NCBI RefSeq assembly: GCF_021028975.2
Contig: NC_059439.1
Span: 26,350,001-26,414,000 of the forward strand
Source of the DNA: Sphaerodactylus townsendi
Lineage: Eukaryota
Length of the DNA stretch: 64,000 nucleotides
Reading direction: 5' to 3'
The position numbers and the translations under genes are program-made. The notes under the pieces are model-generated. The model was given only the letters and a program-made list of their open reading frames with translations. It was not told the origin of the DNA and made no database searches. Positions 23,317 through 34,588 of this stretch are shown here, piece after piece. Positions within the stretch are counted from its first letter, which is position 1; each line of letters starts with the position of its first letter.

Positions 23317-23667
23317 CTGATATACTAGATACATGAAAGGATACAACTGATATACTAGATATATGAAAAGATAAAACTGTCCTGTACAATGTGATTTATC
23401 ATCAGTGATTCAAAATAAGCCTCACCAGCACCTAGAGTAGCCTCCACAGCGTATGAAATAGCAGGCTGTGTTCTGAACGGGCCCTTTACATCCACTTGCG
23501 CACATTTGCATGGATGTATGTTAGAGAAAAGGTCTCTTTGCTACCTTAAGCAGAGATTTAGCTTCTGAAGAATGGCAGCACCAGCAATTTACTCAAAATC
23601 TTTTCACGTGGCCTGCCCCAACCTATAGCACTTACCCCATCTAACCTTTTCTAAACCCTTTGCCTAA

Positions 23668-23748
23668 GTCTTGTCCCCTTGTTTCTTTGTGGGAGTTTTG
23701 ACTCAGTTAAAATATCTCTGAGATCAAAATCTGTGAGGTCAAAAAGAC
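23668..23748 (-). pseudogene. Duplicated copy of exon 2 with inactivated donor (pseudo-exon)
   Basis: ESFDLTDFDLRDILTESKLPQRNKGTR; flanks homologous to the 22618-22695 exon; donor GTAAGC changed to TTAGGC. Confidence 0.65.
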
Positions 23749-23833
23749 TCTGAGAGACAGGAAAATAAGGCGAGAATGTGCCAAGAACATTTTGATGCTA
23801 AGAAGATCAGGAAGAAATCACCTCAGCCCAGAG

Positions 23834-24190
23834 CAGTGGTTCTAAACCTTCCTAATGCCGCGACCCTTTAATATAGCTCCTCATGTTGTGGTGACGCCCA
23901 ACCCTAACATTTATCCATTTTACAGATGGAGAACACTGATGCAGAGTCTTAGACGACCCCTGTGAAAGTCTGGTGGTGGGATCCAAAAATTTTAATAACA
24001 GGTTCCGATGGTGGTGGGATTCAAACAGTGGCGCCGCCGCACACACACACCTCCAGTCCCTATTGGGCAGGGAGGTTGCTTTAGTAACCCCTTCTCGGCA
24101 TTCAGAAAAAATTAGTGACCACTTCTAGAGAAGTGGTGAGAACTGGTTGGATCCCACCTCTGGTCCCGGCCCACAGGTTGAGACCCGCTG
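23834..24190. mobile_element. SPIN-like non-autonomous hAT with a nested second hAT MITE (about 23971-24161)
   Basis: Ends CAGTGGTTCTAAACCTTCCTAATGCCGCGACCC and CCCACAGGTTGAGACCCGCTG; TSD GCCCAGAG. Confidence 0.8.
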
Positions 24191-24599
24191 GCCCAGAGGA
24201 AAGGATACCAGCAATAAGGAACAGATTAGCTCTCTAACTTGCTGGGAAAATTCCAGGTGGGCTATTGCCCTGGAGGCTACCAGTGGCCTGAACCAAGAAG
24301 AGCCAAGCCTCTTTTACACGGGCAACAGTACTGAAGCCCCACAACTCAGACCTGGTAACCCTCATAGGCCCCTTCCACACATGCAGAATAATGCACTTTC
24401 AATCCACTTTCAATGCACTTTGCAGCTGTGCGGAATAGCAAAATCCACTTGCAAACGATTATGAAAGTGGATTAAAAGTGCATTCTCCTGCACGTGCGGA
24501 AGGGGCCCTAGTCCTGATTCTCATTAACTCCTGGCCAGCCTGCTCTGATCATTTTAATTTTTCAGTCCATACTTTCTATAGGGGGGAGCCGCTTCCTAC

Positions 24600-24651
24600 C
24601 TGCTGTCCCAAAGAGAAGGAGGGTGACGATGAAGACTGCAAACGCTCCCAT
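24600..24651 (-). CDS. I-domain gene exon 1: signal peptide (MGAFAVFIVTLLLFGTA)
   Basis: Kozak GCCATGG, hydrophobic core, donor CAG|GTAGGA, phase 1. Confidence 0.8.
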
Positions 24652-25075
24652 GGCCCTTCTGGAAATCACCCTTTCACAATCTGAGCCCTGGAGTTGGCGC
24701 AACAGGGCAAAGGCTGTTTCTGAGCGTGGGTCGGGGGCCAGAAGGGCACTGACTGGAACGGTGGGAGGCAAAGACACTGTCTCGCTTTTACGGCGGCAGC
24801 TACACTTTGGTGTGCAAATATTTGTACCAATGAACACAGAGGGGAAGGAGGTGTTTGCTGCCGTTCTCCACATTGAGGCCCCTTCTGCGCGTGCAGAATA
24901 ATGTACTTTCAATCCACTTTCACAATTGTTCGCAAGAGGATTTTGCTATTCCGCACAGCCAACTGCAAAACGCATTGAAATTGGATTGAAAGTGCATTAT
25001 TCTGCATGTGCGGAAGGGGCCACTCATCTTCACAGATCGTGCAATGCTCGGGCCGTGACTGCCTATGTCTGTATC

Positions 25076-25130
<55 letters not shown>

Positions 25131-25132
25131 TT
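25076..25132. repeat. (TTTA)n microsatellite
   Basis: Seen directly. Confidence 0.95.
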
Positions 25133-26241
25133 CGTTCCACTTTTATACCGCCCTCCCCCAAGGGGGATCTTGTGCACAAGATCCAGCCAGCTTCCCCCGC
25201 CCCCCCTAGACCTTGTCTGCTTCCTCTCCTTAGTACATTTCCCAACCTGTATGACTTCTGTGGGGCTGAGAGAACTTCGAGAGAACTGTGACTAGTCCAA
25301 GGTCACCCAGGAGGCTTCATGTGAAGGAATATACCACACGGGCTCTCAATTGTTGTCAAGAGCCAGTGTGGTGTAGTGGTTAACAGCAGATGGATTCTAA
25401 TCTGGAGAACCGGGTTTGATTCCCCACTCCTCCGCCTGAGGGGCAGAGGCTTATCTGGTGAACCAGATGTTTTTTCACACTATGACATTCCTGCTGGGTG
25501 ACCTTGGCCTAGTCACAGTTCTCTTAGAACTCTCTCAGCCCCACCTACCTCACCAGGTATCTGTTGTGGGGAGAGGAAGGGAAAGGAGCTTGTAAGCCAC
25601 CTTGAGTCTCGTTACAGGAGAGAAAAACAGGGTATAAATCCAAACTCTTCTTCATCTTCTTCAAAAGCCCAGGAACGGGCCAGTAGGATTTCCAAATGAA
25701 GGAGAAGAGAATGACGTTGCAAGATCTCACTGGAAAGAAAATAAAACTTAATAAGCCTCGATTTGCTAACAATAACTGGTTGTGAATACATTGTTCTGTC
25801 AAATGTTAACATAAACAATAGATGTTTGGCAATTTTTAAATAAAGTGTACAGCAGGTGGCTAAAGGCATATACCCAGCAATAAGTACTGTGAAGGGGAAG
25901 GTCAGGCAGCCCTAATTTTTAATATATAAATGAGGCTTTTACAAAGTTTATCTCTGGCTCATTCCGCACATGCAGAATAATGCACTTTCAAACTGCTTTC
26001 AGTTTGAAGCTGTGCGGAATAGCAAAATCCACTTGCAAACAGTTGTGAAAGTGGTTTGAAAACGCATTATTTTGCGTGTGCGGAAGGGGCCTCTGTTTTT
26101 ATCTATGAAATGTTGAAGGCTAGGGAATTAATTATGGCTTCCATACGCAGGAATATGCCCTATTGAACTCAGGGCAACTTTGTCTCCTCAAAATAGGGAC
26201 CAACATATTAATCCAGACAAGCACCACCCAGAGCCCTTAGG

Positions 26242-26810
26242 GCAGGGGTCTGCAACCTGTGGCTCTCCAGATGTCCATGGACTACAAATCCCATCAGCCC
26301 CTGCCAGCATGCTGAATTTCATATATCGGGGGCAGTCCCTGTTTTATTTATTTATTTGCTTGCTGGCAGGAGCTGATGGGATTTGTAGTCCATGAACATC
26401 TGGAGAGCCGCAGGTTGCAGACCCCTGCCTTAGGGGATGGGGCGGTATATCAAAACTAACAAATAAAATAAATAAATAAAACAGGGACTGCCCCGATATA
26501 TGAAATTCAGCATGCTGGCAGGGGCTGATGGGATTTTTAGTCCATGAACATCTGGAGAGCCACAGGTTGCAGACCCCTGCCTTAGGGAATGGGGCAATAT
26601 ATCAAAACTAACAAATAAAATAAATAAATAAAACAGGGACTGCCCCGATATATGAAATTCAGCATGCTGTCAGGGGCTGATGGGATTTGTAGTCCATGAA
26701 CATCGGGAGAGCCGCAGGTCGCAGACCCCTGCCTTAGGGGATGGGGCGGTATATCAAAACTAACAAATAAAATAAATAAATAAAGCAGGGACTGCCCCGA
26801 TATATGAAAT
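26242..26810. repeat. Tandem ~150-bp repeats of MITE arm plus L2-like tail
   Basis: Three copies of ...GCAGACCCCTGCCTTAGGGGATGGGGCGGTATATCAAAACTAACAAATAAA... Confidence 0.85.
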
Positions 26811-27210
26811 CCATCAGGTAAAACTCGCTACCCCTGCCTCTGGAAAGCAGAAAAGCACTCCTGTTGAATTTCTGCCAGTCACAATGAAGCTGAAGATGTA
26901 GGGATTCAGTCAGGAAAAAAAAAACTATTGATGTCGTAACTGGCAACCCCTATGCTCAAACTCTACTCTGCAGAGCAAACCTACAAGACGTAATGTCTTG
27001 CCTGGAACTTGTAATCAGGGAAAGTAACATGTTTCGCCCTCCTTTAGAGGACCGGCAGGTGTGCGTGTGGGGAGAAGGTGTCATTACACCGGTCAAGAAA
27101 CAGGTTCCCCCCCCCTCCCTCTTTACGCATCTTGATTGTGGTGGTGCCTCTTAAATCTGACCTGTCAGCAAAGGAAAATGAGAGATGATTATAGGGTCTG
27201 AGAAAGGGGC

Positions 27211-27217
27211 TATATAA
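27211..27217 (+). promoter_or_regulatory. TATA box of the ACP4-like gene
   Basis: TATATAA about 70 nt upstream of the ATG. Confidence 0.6.
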
Positions 27218-27281
27218 CAGAAGCATTTGCCCGTCTGCCCTCAAACAACTTTTATCCAGGTGGTGCAGCTTTTTCGTCGCC

Positions 27282-27380
27282 ATGAGGCTACCTGTAACTT
27301 TGACTCACCTAACTATTCTCCTCCTGAACATTCTGCCTCTTGCAGCCAGACACGGGAGGACTCTGCGCTTTGTTACCTTG
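27282..27380 (+). CDS. ACP4: ACP4-like acid phosphatase exon 1 (MRLPVTLTHLTILLLNILPLAARHGRTLRFVTL)
   Basis: Kozak GCCATGA, signal peptide, LRFVTL motif, donor GTACGT. Confidence 0.85.
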
Positions 27381-28550
27381 GTACGTGGATGAGCGGGTGG
27401 GGGTGGGGAAACACCTGGGTTGTCTGAATGCAGAACTTAATAGAGCCAGCGTGGTGTAATGGTTAAGAGCAGATGCACTCTAATCTGGAGAACTGGGTTT
27501 GATTCTCCGCTCTGCCACTTGAGGTGCGGAGGCCTATCTGGTGAACCAGATTAGCTTGTGCACCCCGACACATGCCAGCTGGCTGGGTGACTGTGGGATA
27601 GTCTCAATTCTTTGGAGCTCTCTCAGCCCCACCCACCTCACAGGGTGTTTGTTGTGGCGGGGGGAAGGAAATTGTAAACCCCTTACAGGAAAGAAAGGGG
27701 GGAATATAAATCCAAACTCCTCCTCCTCCTCTTCTTCTAATACCTTAGCGCAAAACCGGGCTTCTTTTGTCCCATGGGAGGACTGCATGGAGTTTAATGG
27801 AAAGACTGGGAGTCAGGGTTCCTGGATTATTTGAAACGTGAGTGAAGGCCTAGGGTACTGATAAGCCGCATACAGAGAAAGGCTCCTTCCGCACATGCAG
27901 AATATTCACTTTGAATCCACTTTGCAGCTGGATTTTAACTGTGCGAAGTAGCAAAATCCACTTGCAAACAATTGTGAAAGTGGATAGAAAGTGCATTATT
28001 CTGCATGTGCAGAAGGGGCCAAATAGTCAGCATGATGATCTACGGGACAATGAGAGAGTCATTAAATTGCCAAGGGTTCCAAGAGGGGGCCCAGTGTGTC
28101 TCTGTATGCATGGTGCACTTCCATTGATTAATTGGCCAAAGAGCCTCCCCCAGCTCAATGGGAGAGTAGGGGAAACAGTACACTGCCGCGCTTATTCTAC
28201 CCTACCCTTCTGTATCCCAAGACCAGCAAGAGTCAGTTTGAATGGAAACTTCTTACAAAGCTGCTGTATAAGATTCAATTTTGCCTTGTAGCATCACAGC
28301 CATTGATTGTCGAGGTGGAGGGGGAGTGAAACCCAGATAGGGCAGGAAGAAAAAGAAGGAAACCGGAGCGCAGATAATGAAGGACCTATTATATCCAATG
28401 AAAACAATCAGGGGCCCCATTTTAGAGGTGAAAGAATTATAAAGGCTGAAGGCTGCTGGTCTTGTAGGTTAGAGTCAAGGAGTTGTGGTTTCCTCACTAG
28501 GTTTTCTGTACACTGTGATTCCCATATGCCCTTTTTTTCTTCCTCCGCAG

Positions 28551-28646
28551 GTATATCGCCACGGCGACCGATCCCCTTTAGGCACCTACCCCACAGATCC
28601 TCACCAAGCGGCAGCCTGGCCCCAAGGCTTCCAACAGCTCACAGAG
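28551..28646 (+). CDS. ACP4: ACP4-like exon 2 with catalytic RHGDRSP
   Basis: Histidine acid phosphatase RHGxRxP motif. Confidence 0.95.
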
Positions 28647-28856
28647 GTAGAGCTTAGAGAGGGATGGATTCTTGTGGACATTGCCACTAGTGTATATGAG
28701 GGTGAATATGATCCGTGGCTCACTCCAGAGTCAGGAGGCTTCCTGTTTTTGCTTTGGGGTGGAACAGGCCTCCGATGCTGATGAGTGGTGTGTCTTAAGT
28801 GGATTTTAATTTTTTTTGTTCTTGGCTTCTTTGTTTCCCCCACTCTTCTACTACAG

Positions 28857-28943
28857 TTAGGTATTTTACAACAGAAGGCACTGGGACGTTTCCTCAGGGG
28901 AAAATATGCGGGGTTTTTAAGTCCTTCCTACAAACCTCAGGAG
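28857..28943 (+). CDS. ACP4: ACP4-like exon 3 (LGILQQKALGRFLRGKYAGFLSPSYKPQE)
   Basis: Family similarity; AG/GT. Confidence 0.92.
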
Positions 28944-29678
28944 GTATGTATGCCAATAAAAGTATCTGAATTCTCAGGAGGTAAACAGAGTTGCTGTAGC
29001 TTTATTCTTCTGCCCATCATCCTTAAATCTAGCTAACTGCATCAGTGTTTTTCCTTGTTCAAATACAATATATATATAGAAGATCAGAGGCTGACCAAGG
29101 ATCATATTGGCTGTTCTTTGCTGCAGCACTGCCCTCGAATCTCTCTCCTCAGGGACTACTGCTTCCATAGAGCTCCCAGGTCACCACTGAATTATGGTAG
29201 TGAGAAATGTTGTAGAATTTCCTTTGCAGTCTGCCGTGGACAGGTCTGTCACAAAACACAGAATTAGTGACTGCTGTTTTTTAATGGTGGTTAAATGGAA
29301 CCTCGATGTCGCCCACCTGTAATATGTGAATAATACTGATTTTTACCTCGTTATTTTGTACGAGTGACAATTTGGGCGTTGTGACTTGAATACTAAAGTG
29401 TCTTTATTAGTGCTGTTATTTCAAGAAGTTAAATCTTTTCGAGCCTCTTATGTCTGACCATGAAAACACACAAAACTATTGCATTAAATATCACTTTTAT
29501 CTCATAACTGTGGGGGGGACCCCATTCCAATCATTAAGACAATGAAAGCAAAAAGCTCTCCACAGACAAGGTAGATATGCTCAGGAAGATCACCAGGTAT
29601 GTGGGAAAACAGCTCTGTAAATTTACCAAAAAGGGGGGGTGGGACAAAGGAAACAGGATAATGAGAACTGAATATGCC

Positions 29679-30241
29679 CAGAGGTGGGATCCAGCAGGTT
29701 CTCACCAGTTCCCGAGAGTGGGTTACTAATTATTTGTGTGTGCCGAGAGGGGGTTACTAATTGGGTCTGCTTTTCCGTTAGAAATTCCATTAGGTCCAAA
29801 AATCATAAAGTCCTGTTGTTTCCTATGTGGCTGGTTAGCGTAGGTAGAAAACGGGATAATTCTCCCTGTTGGGCTGTTTTAAAAACATGTTTTAGTAATA
29901 TGGTAAAGTTCCTTGTTTAAGGAAAGTCTCCTTCTTTTGATTTCTAGAAACAAAATTAAGTATTTGAAAGTATTAAGTATTTGACAGGCAGTCAATTAGA
30001 GGAGAATTAGTTGTTTCTGTTGGCAGTAGGCGATAGGACTTGCTAGAAAGAGTTTAAATTATGGACAGAAAGATACCAGATGGAAATTAGGAACTTTTTT
30101 TTACAGTAAGAGTTTTTTTACAGTAGCAGAGAAATTATTAATGCCCTGCCCCTGGAATGCCCCACCCCATTGGCTCTACACCACTGTATGAATCCCACCA
30201 CCATGGGAACCTGTTACTAAAATTTTTGGATCCCACCACTG
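29679..30241. mobile_element. Non-autonomous hAT element
   Basis: TIRs; TSD AATATGCC. Confidence 0.9.
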
Positions 30242-30504
30242 AATATGCCCTAGGAAGGATGAAATAGTGAAAGCAGTTTTCAGTTCCTTAAGCAAGGGGG
30301 GTGTGGGGGGGGGGGAGAGAAAATTTGCCTGCTTAGGACCTTAGTGGATCCTGCAGAGATCTGGAGACAGGCATTTTTCCAAATACTTCCCCTCCCTCCC
30401 TTAATTCCTTGCCCCTGTCCTTGTCTGACTTGATTGTGGCGTGATTCATACCCCATTGTGGCCAACGCATAATGTGACAAGAGACGCATTTGTGCCCATT
30501 TCAG

Positions 30505-30642
30505 ATATACGTCCGCAGCACTGATTATGACCGCACTATTATGAGCGCTCAGGCGAACCTTATGGGGCTCTATCCAAGTACAGACCCAGAGATCGGCTGG
30601 AAGCCGGTTCCCATCCACACTGTGCCAGTCAAGTACGACAAG
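30505..30642 (+). CDS. ACP4: ACP4-like exon 4 ([19 protein letters not shown]...[11 protein letters not shown])
   Basis: Conserved RSTDxDRT motif. Confidence 0.95.
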
Positions 30643-30739
30643 GTAAATTGTCAACCAGAGTTCTTGGCGGGTAAAGAGGACATTATGCTCTGCTTGTGTT
30701 CTGTTCCACACAATGTTTTGTGCCATATCACACAACTAT

Positions 30740-31115
30740 AGTACGAACGGAGTGAACTCCACCATTCAAAATGGTGCACAATAGTTTCAGCAAAGATCGG
30801 GGAACTGGGTTATGACCGTGACTCCTTCAATATGCTAACCTTTACTGAAACTTTTGCCCTCATTAAAGAGAGGCTCTTAGCAATGGACTATCGACAACTG
30901 CAGAGCTTGGCAAATAAATCTTGTTCACCAACGAATATGTAAATTCCTTTCACGCAGGGATATTATTATTATTATTTTGATAGATGCTGCATTTTAATGG
31001 GGGTCGATTTTAACATATAGAGCCATATTTAATAACTATTTAAAAATTTGATTTTATTTGTGCTCTATTTGTTTGTTCGCCATCCTGAGCCCTTTGGGGG
31101 AGGGCGGTTTATAAA

Positions 31116-31161
<46 letters not shown>

Positions 31162-31640
31162 ATTATTATTAATATTAATATTTAAATTAATATTATTAAA
31201 ATTAAAGGCTCTGGCCCGGGTGGAGGCCAGCCACATCATTGAGGGGCCAGGGATCACCAGTAAATTTGCCTCTGCTGAGCGCAGAGGCCGATTTGGGACA
31301 TATGGGGCAAGACGGTCCCGTAGGTACGAGGGTCCCAGGCCGCGCAAGGATACCCAGCCTATTATATTACAGCGCTCACAAATCCCATACACAGGAGAGC
31401 CTATATGCTGGCTAGATTTAACATCATGCCATCTCCGCTACATAGAGGAAGACTTAAAGGTCTTCCAAGCGATAAGAGGTTCTGTACCTGTAACATAAAA
31501 CAGCTGGATTCCATCCCACACATTCTCCTGAACTGCTTATTATACCAAGAACTCCGATCCAGTCTGTTCTCCCAAGCTATAGACTCTATGATTGATTATA
31601 GTACGAACGGATCACCACAGGAGGTGACTCCTATGAGGGA
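30740..31640. mobile_element. Degenerate non-LTR ORF2 C-terminus (+) interrupted by an L2 fragment (-) and (ATT)n
   Basis: RFCTC...HILLNCLLY zinc-knuckle-like; GLGPSYLRDRLAPYVPNRPLRS on minus strand. Confidence 0.65.
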
Positions 31641-32192
31641 TAATTGATTGTTTTGTTGTTTTAGACAGCCTTTGGTTTGTTTGTACAGTTTTCCCAATCC
31701 TTCACTCTCGGCTCCACTGCATTATTTTGTTTTATTAAGAATCTTTGCAGGTAAATGGGATTGTCTGATCATATTGCACGTGCCTCTTGTCGTTGACCTG
31801 CATACACGGCCTCATACCTATAATGTGTCCAGCCCCATGTTATTCCTCTCTTTCGTTAGGAATCTTTGCTGTTAGATCCAAATATTTCTTATCACACCTG
31901 GTGATTTGCTAGCTGATTGACTGAACAGTTTGTTATCACGTTTGCAATCTGCAGACTGTAAACGAAGCTAATTTAAAATGACCAAAAAACATTTCCTTTA
32001 GAGGTATGAAAATATAAATTCCACATTTGCACTCCATTTGCTTTTTTAATTTAATCCTTCAAAATGTGACCGCCCAAAACATGCTACCCTCATGACTTCC
32101 AGAGAAGATTGTCGAGTCACGTTGTGCCCAAACCTTTAATTTCTATTGCTGAATTGTGGTTTGTCGCATTCTTTCCTAATTGTACCCTACAG

Positions 32193-32291
32193 CTGTTGAA
32201 GCCGCCAACCCGCACTTGCCTACAATACCAACGGTTGATGGAGGAGACAATTAATTTGCCCAGCTACCAGGCCAAAATGAACACCTGGAAG
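32193..32291 (+). CDS. ACP4: ACP4-like exon 5 (LLKPPTRTCLQYQRLMEETINLPSYQAKMNTWK)
   Basis: Family similarity; AG/GT, 99 nt. Confidence 0.9.
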
Positions 32292-33738
32292 GTACCAGAG
32301 AAGGGAATTAAGGACGGGAGAATGAACGTCACAGGGTTCTGAGGGAAAGGTTTCTCGCCGCCCATTTCGTAAAAACATAGCTGCTGAGCAAACAAGAGGG
32401 AGCTGTTGCTGAAAGATCGTTTATGGGCGGTAGGGGCTTCCCGCTCCAACCATAATATCTTTAATTAACTCTGACGCAGTCTGGTGAGGTTGTGAAGTAC
32501 TTAACCCAGGGCTAAATCTCTCAGGGGGCTGGTGACTTGGCTGACCAGAATGCATCTAATCTACGAGTGAAACCACTTCAGGGCCTTTCCACACATGCAG
32601 AATAATGCACCTTCAATCCACTTTGGAGCTGGATTTTACTAGGCAAATCCTCTTGCGGACTGTAGTGAAAGTGGATTGAAACTGATTGTTCTGCAGGTGC
32701 GGAAGGGCCCTTAGAAGGGTTAAGGCAGCAGTGTGGTGATGTCTCAGATGCACGACATCTGCCTGGCAAGCGCAAGGTCCTGGGTTCTAATCCTCCTGCA
32801 CCTCCAGTAAAATGGATCAGATAATAGGTGATATGAAACTCCTCTACTGGAGAGCCACAGGTTGTAGGCCCCTGTCCTGGAGAGTTGTTGCAAGTCAGAG
32901 TGACCATGACAGAGTAGAGCATAGGTGTCAAACTCGTGGCCCTCCAGATGTTATGGACTACAGTTCCCATCACCCCCTGCCAGCATCATGCTGGCAGGGG
33001 ATGATGGGAACTGTAGTCCATAACATCTGGAGGGCCGTGAGTTTGACACCTGTGGAGTAGAGAGTCTATGACGACTGAGGCTGAGATTAAGCTTGGGAGA
33101 GCCACTCTTATCTCACCTCGGTCTTGGGTTCTTTTCCCTCCTAATGACTCCAGACCAGCTGATTGTTCAAGGATTTATTGTAAAAGTTCAAAACAAAGAA
33201 ATAAAACATAAATGCAGTAAGAGATTGCTCGACTGGTTACATTCCTTTTGGTTCTTTGTCCCCATTCCGGGAACCCATGGCCCAGAGATGCTTCTCTGAC
33301 CACGTCTCAAGATGGAATTCAAAACCCTTTGTTTTCCCCTTCTCAGGAAAACCCTTTGAAGTTTCATCCTGGCACCTCTGCATAGTTTGCTGTCCTCCCT
33401 CCAGGAGATCAAAAGGCAAAGATGCTTTTCACAGTCATATGTGACTTCCCTTTCCTGTAGCGATAGCATCATTCCATGACAGAGTCTGACACAATATAAG
33501 GGACCTTCAAGTGTCTTCTCTGCTGGCCACCCACCAATTATGTAGTAATTGTCAGCCAGGCATCCAATAGATCATTTGGGGAATGGACAAGGTGCCCCCA
33601 TAGAGAAGGCCCTGCTCCTGTAGCCACCCATGCCACTTCTGAAGACCAGAGTTTCTAGAGACAGACCTCTGAAAACAATATTACTTCTCAGCAGTCTCAA
33701 ATTTCCAGTCTAATTCTTCAACTTCCTCTGCCTTGCAG

Positions 33739-33834
33739 GGTTTCATAACCAAGATGATGAACTATACTGGCTTAAAAACTGAGCATCTGACCCTGAGGGG
33801 CCTTTGGAGGGTGCATGATACCCTTTTTTGCCAG
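33739..33834 (+). CDS. ACP4: ACP4-like exon 6 (GFITKMMNYTGL...WRVHDTLFCQ)
   Basis: Family similarity; AG/GT. Confidence 0.92.
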
Positions 33835-33917
33835 GTAGGGAGACAGTCTCTCATTACGGTTCCTTGCTCAACCATGGATAACCTTCACTCACACCTCTCT
33901 TTCTCGTTCTTTGCAAG

Positions 33918-34050
33918 AAAACCCACAATCTGAGCTTGCCTAGCTGGGCCACGCCGCAAATACTGGCCACACTTCAAGAGATGGAAGCATTTAATGTCGA
34001 AGCCCACGTGGGAATGCACGCCAGCCAAGAGAAGGCCCGGTTTACTGGTG
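33918..34050 (+). CDS. ACP4: ACP4-like exon 7 (KTHNLSLPSWATP...AHVGMHASQEKARFTG)
   Basis: Resembles ACP4 LPAWASP...AHVG...EKAQLTG; phase 0 to 1. Confidence 0.92.
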
Positions 34051-34306
34051 GTAAGAATATAACTGCATTTCTTAACCTTGTTTTGTTTTAAAATTTTGTC
34101 CTGTTTTATATGCCAATAAAGGCTTGTGTTGTGTTGGTGGTAAGAATAGACACCCAAGGAACTTCTAGATACAGGGAAACTGACAAGAGTATACGATGCA
34201 CTAAAAGGGCCAAGTCAGTTTCATTTGGTGACTATCCGAGGGCACTTCACAGCTAATTTAAAAGCCACCCTTCTCCAAGAACATCAGTGGGAGAATTTAA
34301 ACAAAA

Positions 34307-34588
34307 NNNNNNNNNNNNNNNNNNNNNNNNNNNNNNNNNNNNNNNNNNNNNNNNNNNNNNNNNNNNNNNNNNNNNNNNNNNNNNNNNNNNNNNNNNNNNN
34401 NNNNNNNNNNNNNNNNNNNNNNNNNNNNNNNNNNNNNNNNNNNNNNNNNNNNNNNNNNNNNNNNNNNNNNNNNNNNNNNNNNNNNNNNNNNNNNNNNNNN
34501 NNNNNNNNNNNNNNNNNNNNNNNNNNNNNNNNNNNNNNNNNNNNNNNNNNNNNNNNNNNNNNNNNNNNNNNNNNNNNNNNNNNNNNNN
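34307..34588. other. Assembly gap
   Basis: Run of N. Confidence 1.

Noticed and set aside
22890-23380. CRISPR-like repeat array
   Set aside because: Short tandem repeat split by a transposon in vertebrate DNA; no spacers or cas genes
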